Positions 8,615 to 17,962 of a stretch of DNA of 64,000 nt are shown here, one piece after another. Each line of letters starts with the position of its first letter. The first letter of the stretch is position 1. Under the pieces are notes generated by a model. It was not told the origin of the DNA, ran no database searches, and worked only from the letters and a program-made list of their open reading frames with translations. The translations under genes and the position numbers were made by a program. The stretch is from an uncultured cyanobacterium. Lineage in GTDB: Bacteria; Cyanobacteriota; Cyanobacteriia; Phormidesmidales; Phormidesmidaceae. The stretch lies in contig CAVUFV010000012.1 of NCBI GenBank assembly GCA_963740915.1, positions 5,483 to 69,482 on the forward strand. The letters run 5' to 3'.

Positions 8615-11557
8615 GTGACCCCTGTGAGTGATTCCACCCGTTCTCCAAATAGCGAAGCCAACGGCAGCAAAAGCTACAAAGACACTGTGCTGCTGCCTCA
8701 AACGGACTTCAGTATGCGGGCTAATGCCGTGCAGCGCGAACCAGAACTACAAGCCTATTGGCGAGAGAAAAACCTCTACCAAAAAATTGCCGATCACAAC
8801 CCCGGCGAGCCTTTTATCCTGCACGATGGCCCTCCCTACGCCAACGGCGATCTGCACATGGGCCACGCTCTGAACAAAATTCTTAAAGACATCATCAATA
8901 AATATCAAAGCCTGCAAGGCCGCAAAGTGCGCTACGTGCCCGGCTGGGACTGTCACGGCCTACCAATTGAGCTAAAAGTGCTGCAAAAGCTCAAATCTTC
9001 CGTGCGTCGGGATCTGACCCCCTTAGCCTTACGCCAAAAGGCCAAAGCCTTTGCCCTCGAAACCGTAGAAGCACAGAGCGTAGGTTTTCAGCGCTATGGA
9101 GTCTGGGGCGATTGGGAGCATCCTTATTTAACCTTGCAGCCAGAATACGAAGCGGCACAGCTCGGTGTGTTTAGCAAAATGGTAGAGAATGGCCACATTT
9201 ATCGGGGTCTACGCTCAGTACACTGGAGCCCGTCATCTCAAACAGCCCTAGCAGAAGCAGAGTTGGAATACCCGGAAGAGCATATTTCACCGAGCATCTA
9301 TGTGGCTTTTCCGATGGTGAGTGTGGCTGAAGCGGCTCAGGCTTTTTTATCTTCTTATTTAGACAGCTTAGGGGTGGCAATTTGGACTACTACGCCTTGG
9401 ACAATCCCAGCAAACGTCGCAGTCGCTGTGAATGCTGAACTGGACTATGCGGTCGTTGAGAGCGCTTCCGGTGAGCCGTTTAAACATTTAATTATTGCTA
9501 AAGATCTTGCCGAGAAACTGTCGGCAACCTTTGACAATGGTCTGAAAGTTGTTGCTGAATTTAAAGGCGCAGCGCTCGTAGGCTCTACTTATCGCCATCC
9601 TTTAGCGCAAAGAGACAGCGCCTTTAATCGGGTGAGCCCAATTGTGGTCGGGGGCGATTATGTGACCACCGAATCCGGTACTGGCTTAGTTCATACCGCA
9701 CCTGGTCACGGTCAAGAAGACTTTTTGGTCGGGCAAAGAGAAAATTTGCCGATTTTGTGTCCGGTGGATGGTCGGGGTAATTTTACGGCTGAAGCGGGTG
9801 CTTTTGAAGGGCTAAATGTGCTGAAAACAGCGAATGATGTGATTATTGAGTCGCTCAGCGCAGAGAAAGTATTGCTGAAGCATGAGCCTTACGCACACAA
9901 GTATCCCTATGACTGGCGGACGAAAAAGCCGGTGATCTATCGAGCTACAGAGCAGTGGTTTGCTTCAGTAAAAGGCTTTGTGGGTGAAGCACTAGCGGCG
10001 ATTGATCAGGTGAAGTGGATTCCCGCTCAGGGCAAAACCCGGATTACCTCAATGGTTTCTGAGCGCTCTGACTGGTGCATTTCACGGCAGCGCAGTTGGG
10101 GGGTGCCGATTCCGGTGTTTTATGAGGAGACGACGGGAGAACCGCTAATGACGCAGGAGACAATTGCGCATGTGCAGGCGATTGTCGCGGCAAAAGGCTC
10201 AGATGCTTGGTGGGAAATGAGCGTAGAAGAGCTGTTGCCGGAACCCTATCGCAGCGACAAAAAGACTTATGTGAAAGGCACAGACACAATGGATGTGTGG
10301 TTTGACTCAGGGTCTTCTTGGGCGGCTGTATTGCAGCAGCGTGAGGCGTTGCAATATCCAGCAGAGATTTATTTAGAGGGATCTGATCAGCACCGTGGCT
10401 GGTTTCAATCGAGCTTATTAACCAGTGTAGCGGCGAATGGCCATGCGCCCTACCGGCAGGTGCTGACGCACGGCTATGTGCTGGACGAAAATGGCCGTAA
10501 GATGAGTAAATCTTTGGGCAATGGCGTAGATCCTAAGGTGATTATTGAAGGTGGCAATAACCAGAAGCAAGAGCCACCTTATGGCGCGGATGTGCTGAGG
10601 CTGTGGGTATCTTCAGTCGATTATTCGGGCGATATGCGGCTGGGAATGCGCAATGTCAAACAAATGTCGGATGTGTACCGGAAGATTCGCAATACGGCGC
10701 GGTTTTTGCTGGGTAATTTGTATGACTTTAATCCCACCACTGATGCGGTGCCCTATGAACAACTGCCTGAGCTTGATCAATACATGCTGCACCGAATGAC
10801 GGAGGTGTTTTCTGAGGTGAAAGGCGCGTTTGAGTCCTATCAGTTCTTTCAGTTTTTCCAGACGGTGCAGAATTTCTGTGTGGTGGATCTCTCGAACTTT
10901 TATTTAGATATTGCAAAAGATCGGCTGTATATTAGCGCGGCCAATTCGCTCAGGCGGCGAGCCTGTCAGACGGTGCTAGCGGTGGCAATTGAGAATTTGG
11001 CAAAAGCTATTGCCCCGGTATTAGTGCATATGGCAGAAGATATCTGGCAGGCTTTACCGTACGAGACAACGGCTGAATCCGTCTTCGAGTCAGGCTGGGT
11101 AACGCTAGAAGATAAGTGGCAACGGCCTGATCTGACGGCGAAGTGGGAGCAACTTCGCACCTTGCGCGATGAGGCTAATACGGTGCTAGAGCAGGCTCGA
11201 ACCGACAAGGCCATTGGATCTTCTTTGCAGGCGAAGCTGAAGCTGTTTGTGGCCGATGCTAATTTGCGCTCAAATCTCGTTAACCTTAATCCAGCAGATA
11301 GTCTGGACTCGGAGTCTAATCAAGTCGATGATCTGCGCTATCTATTATTAGTTTCTCAAGTAGAGCTAGTAGAGGGTGCTGCTGATCTCGAAGCAGCAGC
11401 CTATAGCGGTAAGGTCGGAGAAATTGCGATAGCAGTTGTTGATGCGGATGGGGAAAAGTGCGATCGCTGCTGGAATTATTCGACTCATGTGGGCGAATCG
11501 GCGGACGATCCGACTATTTGCGATCGCTGCGTCGCCGCCCTAAACGGCCAGTTTTAA
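8615..11557 (+). CDS. ileS: Isoleucine--tRNA ligase
   Basis: GPPYANGDLHMGH (HIGH), KMSKS, WCISRQR, EGSDQHRGWF, C-terminal zinc finger CDRCW...CDRC. Confidence 0.98.
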   Translation: MTPVSDSTRSPNSEANGSKSYKDTVLLPQTDFSMRANAVQREPELQAYWREKNLYQKIADHNPGEPFILHDGPPYANGDLHMGHALNKILKDIINKYQSLQGRKVRYVPGWDCHGLPIELKVLQKLKSSVRRDLTPLALRQKAKAFALETVEAQSVGFQRYGVWGDWEHPYLTLQPEYEAAQLGVFSKMVENGHIYRGLRSVHWSPSSQTALAEAELEYPEEHISPSIYVAFPMVSVAEAAQAFLSSYLDSLGVAIWTTTPWTIPANVAVAVNAELDYAVVESASGEPFKHLIIAKDLAEKLSATFDNGLKVVAEFKGAALVGSTYRHPLAQRDSAFNRVSPIVVGGDYVTTESGTGLVHTAPGHGQEDFLVGQRENLPILCPVDGRGNFTAEAGAFEGLNVLKTANDVIIESLSAEKVLLKHEPYAHKYPYDWRTKKPVIYRATEQWFASVKGFVGEALAAIDQVKWIPAQGKTRITSMVSERSDWCISRQRSWGVPIPVFYEETTGEPLMTQETIAHVQAIVAAKGSDAWWEMSVEELLPEPYRSDKKTYVKGTDTMDVWFDSGSSWAAVLQQREALQYPAEIYLEGSDQHRGWFQSSLLTSVAANGHAPYRQVLTHGYVLDENGRKMSKSLGNGVDPKVIIEGGNNQKQEPPYGADVLRLWVSSVDYSGDMRLGMRNVKQMSDVYRKIRNTARFLLGNLYDFNPTTDAVPYEQLPELDQYMLHRMTEVFSEVKGAFESYQFFQFFQTVQNFCVVDLSNFYLDIAKDRLYISAANSLRRRACQTVLAVAIENLAKAIAPVLVHMAEDIWQALPYETTAESVFESGWVTLEDKWQRPDLTAKWEQLRTLRDEANTVLEQARTDKAIGSSLQAKLKLFVADANLRSNLVNLNPADSLDSESNQVDDLRYLLLVSQVELVEGAADLEAAAYSGKVGEIAIAVVDADGEKCDRCWNYSTHVGESADDPTICDRCVAALNGQF

Positions 11558-11578
11558 AAGATTCTGAAAATTAGATAG

Positions 11579-12403
11579 ATGACCCAATCGCTCACTCAGA
11601 TACTGCCACGAGTTTTATTAACCGCCGTTGTCGTTTCAGGCGTCGCTTGCACTAACCAGATCCAAGATTATACAGAAGTAACCCTGCAAGCCAGCGCTTT
11701 TGAGAACGGCGCTGAACTTAACTTACAAAGCTTAGATAGCACCCAAGCTATCTTAGAAAATCGATTGGCTGATCTCGGCATTGCACCTAGCGAAGTAGAA
11801 ATTACTAAGCCCAATAAAATTCGGGTGCGGCTACCGCAAACAGCCGATGCGGCGGCGACCCAAGATCTGCTCACCAATCCGGGACAGCTATATTTGCGGC
11901 AGCAAAAAGCCCATACCAAAGCAGACTTAACCAAAGAGATTGCAGAATTGCAGCGTTTGTTAGTAGAGCAAAATACCCTCCTACAGACAACTCAGCAGGC
12001 TGAAGCCGAGGCGTTGCAGCCTCAAATTGATCGCACTAGAGCCCGGATTAACGACCTATTCGAGCCTAGCCACTTAACCGGTGAAATGCTGGTAAATGCC
12101 AAGGCCGAACCTAGCGCGCAAAGCCCTACCTGGGATGTAAAAATTTGGCTGAACGCCCAAGGTGCTGATATTTTTGCTGATAAAACCAAGACTCTCGCAG
12201 GTACTGATCGAGCGATCGGCATATTTTTAGATGAGGTGCTACTCAGCGCTCCGTTAATCGATGCTGCTTTTGCCAAAACCGGCCTCACCGGCGGCGAAGC
12301 CTTGATTGCCGGGAGCTTTACGCCGGAAGCTGCAAAAATACTAGCGGTTCAGCTCCGTAACGGAGCGCTACCCGTCAGGCTAGAGAAAGTAAAGTCAAAT
12401 TAA
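11579..12403 (+). CDS. Stand-alone SecD/SecDF periplasmic (P1) domain protein, probable lipoprotein
   Basis: ILENRL..LGI, IRVRLP, AIGIFLDEVLLSAP.I, LAVQLRNGALPV; lacks SecD TM helices 2-6; hydrophobic N-terminus ending in ...GVAC. Confidence 0.75.
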   Translation: MTQSLTQILPRVLLTAVVVSGVACTNQIQDYTEVTLQASAFENGAELNLQSLDSTQAILENRLADLGIAPSEVEITKPNKIRVRLPQTADAAATQDLLTNPGQLYLRQQKAHTKADLTKEIAELQRLLVEQNTLLQTTQQAEAEALQPQIDRTRARINDLFEPSHLTGEMLVNAKAEPSAQSPTWDVKIWLNAQGADIFADKTKTLAGTDRAIGIFLDEVLLSAPLIDAAFAKTGLTGGEALIAGSFTPEAAKILAVQLRNGALPVRLEKVKSN

Positions 12404-12415
12404 GCCGCAATCAGA

Positions 12416-13207
12416 TCAAGTAGAAATCGTAGAAACAGAGCCGCCGTCTACGCGCCAGTTTGAACCAACGACGTAGCTAGCCTGCTCGGAGCACAAGAAA
12501 GCAATCACTGCGGCGATTTCTTCAACTTTGCCGCGTCTGCCGACTTCGATGCCGGGGCGATTTTCAGCTAAAAAGCTTTCAACGGCTTCGGCCATGCTGA
12601 TGCCTCTTTCCTTGGAACGCGATCGCATCATCGCATCCGTCATCGCCGTTTCCACAAAAGCAGGCGACACCATATTTGTTAGCACCCCATCTTTGGCATA
12701 GGCTTTAGAGAGATTTTTAGTGAGATTTAACGTCCCCGCTTTACAGGCGCAGTAAGGCATATCTTCAATGTAAGGCTGCACAGCATCTTCTGAGCCTAAC
12801 AGCACAATTCGTCCCCAGCCTGCGGCCCGCATCGCTGGAATAAAAGTGCGACACACCCGCACAGTTCCCATCAGATTCACATCAATGGTGTTCATCCAGC
12901 CATCGTCGTCAATACCCAAAAAATCACCTACAGCCCCCGTAATGCCAGCGGCATGGACGACAATTTCAGGTGCGCCAAAGTGGGCCGTAATTTGATCGCG
13001 AGCGGCTTCTACTTGCTCTAAGCTAGTAATGTCAGCTTTGGCTGGGAACGGATCGCCAAAGGCCTTGAGGTCGTCAATTTCATCAAAAGAGCGATTGAGA
13101 ATGGCAACTTTAGCCCCCTCTTTGAGCAAAATTTCCGCCGTAGCCTTGCCAATGCCCGAATCGCCGCCGGTTACAACCGCCACTTTACCTGTCAAACCTA
13201 AATCCAT
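12416..13207 (-). CDS. SDR-family NAD(P)-dependent oxidoreductase
   Basis: TGGDSGIG, YCACK (YxxxK), VDGG. Confidence 0.92.
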   Translation of the reverse strand: MDLGLTGKVAVVTGGDSGIGKATAEILLKEGAKVAILNRSFDEIDDLKAFGDPFPAKADITSLEQVEAARDQITAHFGAPEIVVHAAGITGAVGDFLGIDDDGWMNTIDVNLMGTVRVCRTFIPAMRAAGWGRIVLLGSEDAVQPYIEDMPYCACKAGTLNLTKNLSKAYAKDGVLTNMVSPAFVETAMTDAMMRSRSKERGISMAEAVESFLAENRPGIEVGRRGKVEEIAAVIAFLCSEQASYVVGSNWRVDGGSVSTIST

Positions 13208-13326
13208 AAAAACTGATTCCTCACGCTAACAATGCGCTTTACGATGAATACGCTGCGCCTTTAATTTAGAGCCCTATGGAAGTTTGTGCTTCCTTATGCA
13301 ACAAAAGCTTAAACCAAAAAAGACTT

Positions 13327-13716
13327 ATGCCTCAATGGAAGTTATCAACCGAGTTTACGTTCGATGCCGCCCACTTTATCCGCGACTATGACGGCCCCTG
13401 CGGACGGATGCACGGCCACACCTATCGAGTGCGCGTAGAAGCCACAGCCCGTCAGCTTCAAGCCTCCGAGTATTGCCCCCATCCAGCCATGGTGGCCGAT
13501 TTTAGAACCCTCCGCTGGGCCAAAAAAGATATGCTCAAAGGCGGTTTAGATCACTGCATTTTGAACGAAGTCATGCCCACAGGCTACGAAACAACCGCCG
13601 AAATGATTGCTCAGTTCATCCACGAAAAAACCAGCAAAATGCTCAGTCCCAACATCCATCTCAAAGTCTGCATTTCTGAAACGCCCGACTCTTGGGCAGA
13701 GTACGAATCTGACTAA
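13327..13716 (+). CDS. queD: 6-carboxytetrahydropterin synthase
   Basis: FDAAH, CGRMHGHTY, LDH, TAE, ET motifs; upstream of queE and queC. Confidence 0.9.
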   Translation: MPQWKLSTEFTFDAAHFIRDYDGPCGRMHGHTYRVRVEATARQLQASEYCPHPAMVADFRTLRWAKKDMLKGGLDHCILNEVMPTGYETTAEMIAQFIHEKTSKMLSPNIHLKVCISETPDSWAEYESD

Positions 13717-13813
13717 AAATCTCTTAATTCATCTAATTTCGTTGATTTTCGGCCATAAAATGCCCTAACTTTGGCCGCAAAACTTAATGCTTACATTATG
13801 AACGGTGATCTAC

Positions 13814-14518
13814 ATGAATCTATCGATGCCTGCCATTGCGGTTAAACCCAGTCAGGCTCCACCTTTGCCGAATACTTTGCCGACGGTAGAAACTTTTCAC
13901 TCCATTCAAGGCGAAGGAATTTGGACAGGAGCTAGCGCTTTTTTTATTCGGTTAGCGGGCTGCGATGTGGGCTGCTGCTGGTGCGACACTAAGCACTCTT
14001 GGCCAATGCACTCTCACCCACAAAGAGAGATTGCTTCATTAGTTGAAGAAGCGCTAGCGGCTCAGCCGTTTATGGTTGTGATCACCGGTGGAGAACCGCT
14101 GATGCATGATCTTACTCAGATCAGCCTAGCGCTACGGCAGCAGGGACTACGGGTTCATTTAGAAACCTCAGGATCTTCTCCTCTAACGGGTGAATTTGAT
14201 TGGATTACCCTCTCACCCAAGCGCTTTAAGCCCCCTCTAGACGCTATTTACAGTCAAATTCATGAGCTTAAAATTATTATTAGAGATCAGGCTGATTTGG
14301 GCTGGGCAGAGTGTGCGGCAGCGAAACTAGCCGCCCATGCTAGCCGGCCCAGTGACCAGACCAGTGACCGGCCCAGTGACCGGCCAGCAGAGCCCCCAAA
14401 AATGCTACAGCCAGAGTGGAACAGCCAGCAAGGCCAAACGCTAGTATTTGACTACGTGCTACTGCATCCTGAGTGGCGAGTCAGCTTACAAACCCACAAA
14501 TTCTTAGGCATTAGATAA
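13814..14518 (+). CDS. queE: 7-carboxy-7-deazaguanine synthase (radical SAM)
   Basis: FHSIQGEG, FIRLAGCDVGCCWCDT, TGGEP, SLQTHK. Confidence 0.93.
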   Translation: MNLSMPAIAVKPSQAPPLPNTLPTVETFHSIQGEGIWTGASAFFIRLAGCDVGCCWCDTKHSWPMHSHPQREIASLVEEALAAQPFMVVITGGEPLMHDLTQISLALRQQGLRVHLETSGSSPLTGEFDWITLSPKRFKPPLDAIYSQIHELKIIIRDQADLGWAECAAAKLAAHASRPSDQTSDRPSDRPAEPPKMLQPEWNSQQGQTLVFDYVLLHPEWRVSLQTHKFLGIR

Positions 14519-14549
14519 TCATTAAATTGTCTAATGCTTAAGAATTTGT
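14496..14549. repeat. 24-bp-arm inverted repeat spanning the queE stop codon
   Basis: ACAAATTCTTAGGCATTAGATAAT / ATTGTCTAATGCTTAAGAATTTGT, 22/24 complementary. Confidence 0.8.
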
Positions 14550-14630
14550 CCACTCATAAATTTCCCTCATAAATAAATTGTCCACTGACTATTAGTAAAT
14601 TGTCCACTGACTAATAAAGAGTACGCATTG

Positions 14631-15344
14631 ATGAGCAATCAGGAAAAAGAGCAGCCAAAGGCAGTGGTGTTACTTTCGGGCGGTCTTGATTCAGCGACCT
14701 GTTGCGCCCAAGCTTTGGCCGATGGATTCAACGTCACGGCGATCTCTTTTGACTATGGCCAGCGGCATAAGCGCGAGCTCATAGCCGCCCAAGCGATCGC
14801 CCAAACTTTCGAGATCGCCAATCATCACATCGTTGAGATTAATTTGGCTCAGTGGGGGGGCTCAGCTCTTACCAGCGAAGCAATAGCAGTCCCGACCGAT
14901 GGCCTCAAGGCCGATGAAATTCCCTCTACCTATGTGCCGGGTCGTAATACAGTTTTTATTGCGATCGCGCTATCGCTCGCAGAAGCCCAAGGAGCAGTAG
15001 CCATTTACCTTGGCATTAACGCTATCGACTATTCCGGCTACCCAGACTGCCGCCCAGAATACCTATCTGCCTTTCAGGACTTAGCTACCCTTTCCTCTAA
15101 AGCCGGTTTAGAAGGCCGTGCCCCCGATCTGGTTGCCCCGCTGGTTATGGATTCCAAAGTCGACATCGTGCACCGAGCCCTAAAATTAGGCGTCCCTATC
15201 GAAAAAACCTGGTCTTGCTATCAGGGTGAACCTGTCCCCTGCGGTATCTGCGACGCCTGCCGCATCCGCGATCAAGCCCTCATATCAGTCGGTCGTCCAG
15301 ATCTCGCCACAGCGATAGGACGGCGAAAGGCGCAATCAGCCTAA
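14631..15344 (+). CDS. queC: 7-cyano-7-deazaguanine synthase
   Basis: [26 protein letters not shown]...CGICDAC. Confidence 0.96.
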   Translation: MSNQEKEQPKAVVLLSGGLDSATCCAQALADGFNVTAISFDYGQRHKRELIAAQAIAQTFEIANHHIVEINLAQWGGSALTSEAIAVPTDGLKADEIPSTYVPGRNTVFIAIALSLAEAQGAVAIYLGINAIDYSGYPDCRPEYLSAFQDLATLSSKAGLEGRAPDLVAPLVMDSKVDIVHRALKLGVPIEKTWSCYQGEPVPCGICDACRIRDQALISVGRPDLATAIGRRKAQSA

Positions 15345-15370
15345 AAGTCGCTGTCAAAGCTGCCAATTAA

Positions 15371-15442
15371 AGCCGATGGTGGGATTCGAACCCACGGCCT
15401 GCTCATTACGAATGAGCTGCTCTACCCCTGAGCCACATCGGC
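15371..15442 (-). tRNA. tRNA-Thr(CGT)
   Basis: Reverse complement GCCGATGTGGCTCAGGGGTAGAGCAGCTCATTCGTAATGAGCAGGCCGTGGGTTCGAATCCCACCATCGGCT; anticodon loop TTCGTAA; T-loop GTTCGAATC. Confidence 0.96.
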
Positions 15443-15537
15443 GATTCAGCTAAAGATTATAGCAGTCACTCGCCCCTATGCGAATCGTCCTCACACCAAT
15501 GACCGACTCGCCTTAAAATGAGGAAACTGGCGCAAAC

Positions 15538-15882
15538 ATGACTGAAGTACTCAAGGCGGCTATGGCAAAAGATAAATCATCTCGCAAAAAAGCTCCCAAT
15601 CGCTCACCCAACAGCCCTGCTACGGTTCCGCCCAAGGGTATGAGCAAAGAGCGCTACGAGCGTTTAGTCGCCGAGTCCAAAGCGCCATACAAAGGCTTGC
15701 GAAAGTTTCTCTATGCATCTTTTGGCGCTTCAGGTGCGATTGGAGGTTTCGTCTTTTTTACCAAAATTCTGGCAGGCCGCGATCTGTCACAATCACTGCC
15801 AAATCTGGCATTACAAATCGGTGTCGTGGCCCTAATGGTATTTTTGTTTCGCTGGGAAGACCGCAATCAGGAAAAGCCGTAA
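15538..15882 (+). CDS. DUF3493-domain membrane protein
   Basis: RLVAESKAPYKGLRKFLYASFGASGAIG plus two TM helices. Confidence 0.8.
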   Translation: MTEVLKAAMAKDKSSRKKAPNRSPNSPATVPPKGMSKERYERLVAESKAPYKGLRKFLYASFGASGAIGGFVFFTKILAGRDLSQSLPNLALQIGVVALMVFLFRWEDRNQEKP

Positions 15883-16511
15883 TGGCCCAATCTTCTATTT
15901 TGGCCCGCAACCCAGTCGTATTGGTGCATGGCATTTGGAATACAGCAAGCATTTTTTCAACGCTCAAGGCTTATTTAGAACGTGAGGGTTGGCAGGTTTA
16001 TGCGCTGAGTATGACGCCCAACAACGGCGATGCCCCTTTAGAATTACTCGCACAACAGGTGGCAATTTTTGTCAACCAGCACTTAGGCGAACAGCAGCCG
16101 ATTGATCTCGTCGGGTTCAGCATGGGTGGTTTAATCAGTCGCTACTACGTGCAGCGCCTAGGCGGATTAGAGCGGGTGCAGCGATTAGTCACGGTTTCTG
16201 CGCCTCACCAGGGGACGGTTTTAGGATTGTTTAGCGATCGCTTCGGCATCCAACAAATGCGACCCAACAGCCCTTTTTTGCGATCGCTCAATCAAGACAT
16301 TCATCAGCTCAAAAGGCTGCACTTCGTCTCACTGTGGACACCTTTTGATCTGTTGATCTTGCCGCCCTGGAGTTCTCAGGTGCCCATCGGACAAGTGCAG
16401 CGGATCTTCGTATCAGCGCACGACCAAATGATTCGAGACCCACAGGGATTAAGAGCAATTAGCCAAGCCCTGCGTACAAGCACACTTGCTTCCCCACTCA
16501 ACACGACTTGA
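15882..16511 (+). CDS. Alpha/beta-hydrolase (lipase/esterase)
   Basis: VLVHG oxyanion motif, GFSMGG nucleophile elbow, APHQGT. Confidence 0.9.
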   Translation: MAQSSILARNPVVLVHGIWNTASIFSTLKAYLEREGWQVYALSMTPNNGDAPLELLAQQVAIFVNQHLGEQQPIDLVGFSMGGLISRYYVQRLGGLERVQRLVTVSAPHQGTVLGLFSDRFGIQQMRPNSPFLRSLNQDIHQLKRLHFVSLWTPFDLLILPPWSSQVPIGQVQRIFVSAHDQMIRDPQGLRAISQALRTSTLASPLNTT

Positions 16512-16512
16512 G

Positions 16513-16941
16513 CTAGCTAGTCTCACCGACTTTAGAATACTGAACCTCTCCAAACACCGCACTCGGATACCGGTAATACTTGAACTCCAGCAAATTATGA
16601 AACGGATCGATTAAAAAGAACGTCCGGTGTTCTATCCGCTCTCCTTTAAAACGATGCTTAGGCTGCTGATAGAACCTTAGCGCTTGCTTTTGGGCCCGCA
16701 ACAAACAGCGCTCCCAGGCCGCTTCTGTCGCAAAAGTCAGCCCAAAATGATGCGGATAAATCCCCTGCTGCAAAGGCATCGGCTCTGTGACAACATGCGC
16801 CACTAGCTGATGCCCACCCAAGTTCAAAATCAGCGATCCCTTGCCCTCACGCCCCACCTCACAGCCCAAGCCCTCCACATAAAATCGTTTAGTATCAGCA
16901 ATACTGCCTACGGGAAAAGATAGATGAAAAATAACGTCCAT
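16513..16941 (-). CDS. VOC/glyoxalase-family protein
   Basis: FHLSFPV...KRFYVEGLG...GHQLVAH...HFGL...DPFHNLLEFK. Confidence 0.88.
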   Translation of the reverse strand: MDVIFHLSFPVGSIADTKRFYVEGLGCEVGREGKGSLILNLGGHQLVAHVVTEPMPLQQGIYPHHFGLTFATEAAWERCLLRAQKQALRFYQQPKHRFKGERIEHRTFFLIDPFHNLLEFKYYRYPSAVFGEVQYSKVGETS

Positions 16942-17333
16942 AGTGTCTCCTAGCAAAGGGCTGGCAACTAGCTGATAAATACTGACAAACAAATGTGAAT
17001 GGGCGATAAATGACCAACGAATGACCGATGAATAACTAATGAAGAAGATTTTGTAATCGGCGCTACAGTCAAAACCCCTATCAGACAGCTACACATAGGG
17101 GGTGGAAAGCCTGCTTAGGTAATCGCTTGAGCAGCTTTTAGTAAAGCATGAGCAAAGCAATAGTGACACGCCATGTGACTGTGCTACTGTGTCAGATAGC
17201 AACTTTTGGCAAGCGTATCTTGAAAGAGATTGCCATTGAAGAATAAATACCTGCAAGAAGCTGTTTCTTTAGGGTATGCTGCTATCTTGAAGTTTTGTAA
17301 TTCAGACTCTAGAAAAACGCTAGAGGTGATTTT

Positions 17334-17579
17334 ATGTCAATTTACGTCGGAAATCTGTCTTTTGATGCTACTCAAGATGACATCAATCAAATCTTTGCAG
17401 AATACGGCTCGGTAAAATCTGTAAAGCTTCCTACTGATCGCGAAACTGGTCGAGTCAGAGGCTTTGCCTTTGTAGAAATGAGCAGCGATCCAGAAGAGCA
17501 GGCCGCTATTGAAGCACTAGACGGCGCAGAATGGATGGGACGTACGCTCAAAGTAAACAAAGCTAGACCACGCACTTAG
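17334..17579 (+). CDS. RRM-domain RNA-binding protein (cyanobacterial Rbp)
   Basis: RNP2 IYVGNL, RNP1 RGFAFVEM, WMGRTLKVNKARP. Confidence 0.96.
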   Translation: MSIYVGNLSFDATQDDINQIFAEYGSVKSVKLPTDRETGRVRGFAFVEMSSDPEEQAAIEALDGAEWMGRTLKVNKARPRT

Positions 17580-17682
17580 TCGCCTCCTCCCTTTCATCGC
17601 CTAATCGACGTTCGAGTGCCACTCAACTGTCATTCAACTGTCATTCAACTGTCATTTATTAGCAGCTAGCAATCATCTACAG

Positions 17683-17721
17683 ATCTGCTGTTGGCCTATG
17701 TGAGCCAACAGCAGATTTTTT
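17683..17721 (+). terminator. Rho-independent terminator after rbp
   Basis: ATCTGCTGTTGGC-loop-GCCAACAGCAGAT followed by a T run. Confidence 0.8.
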
Positions 17722-17962
17722 GCTGCCTAGATACTTTATTTCTCCGCCACTTATCCGTCACTTATCCGCCACTTATCCAGCACTCAAATTTATCCCTGCT
17801 AACGCTACGCCCGTTAAACAGAGGTTAAAAGAGCGGATCCTTGAGCCAAGCTAGCAGCTACGACAATAAAATGGGAATCTTTTAAAGGGTATGCGCCGTC
17901 TTTAGCGCCGTCTTTAGCGCCGTCTTTAGCGCAGTGTCCCCCTACATAGTGTTGACAAAATT

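Noticed and set aside
13327-15344. queD-queE-queC as part of a 7-deazaguanine DNA-modification (dpd) defence island
   Set aside because: No dpdA/tgt-like, helicase or other dpd genes nearby; housekeeping context fits ordinary queuosine precursor synthesis.
15371-15442. tRNA-Thr as an integration site
   Set aside because: No integrase and no duplicated tRNA 3' end (att site) seen in the window.
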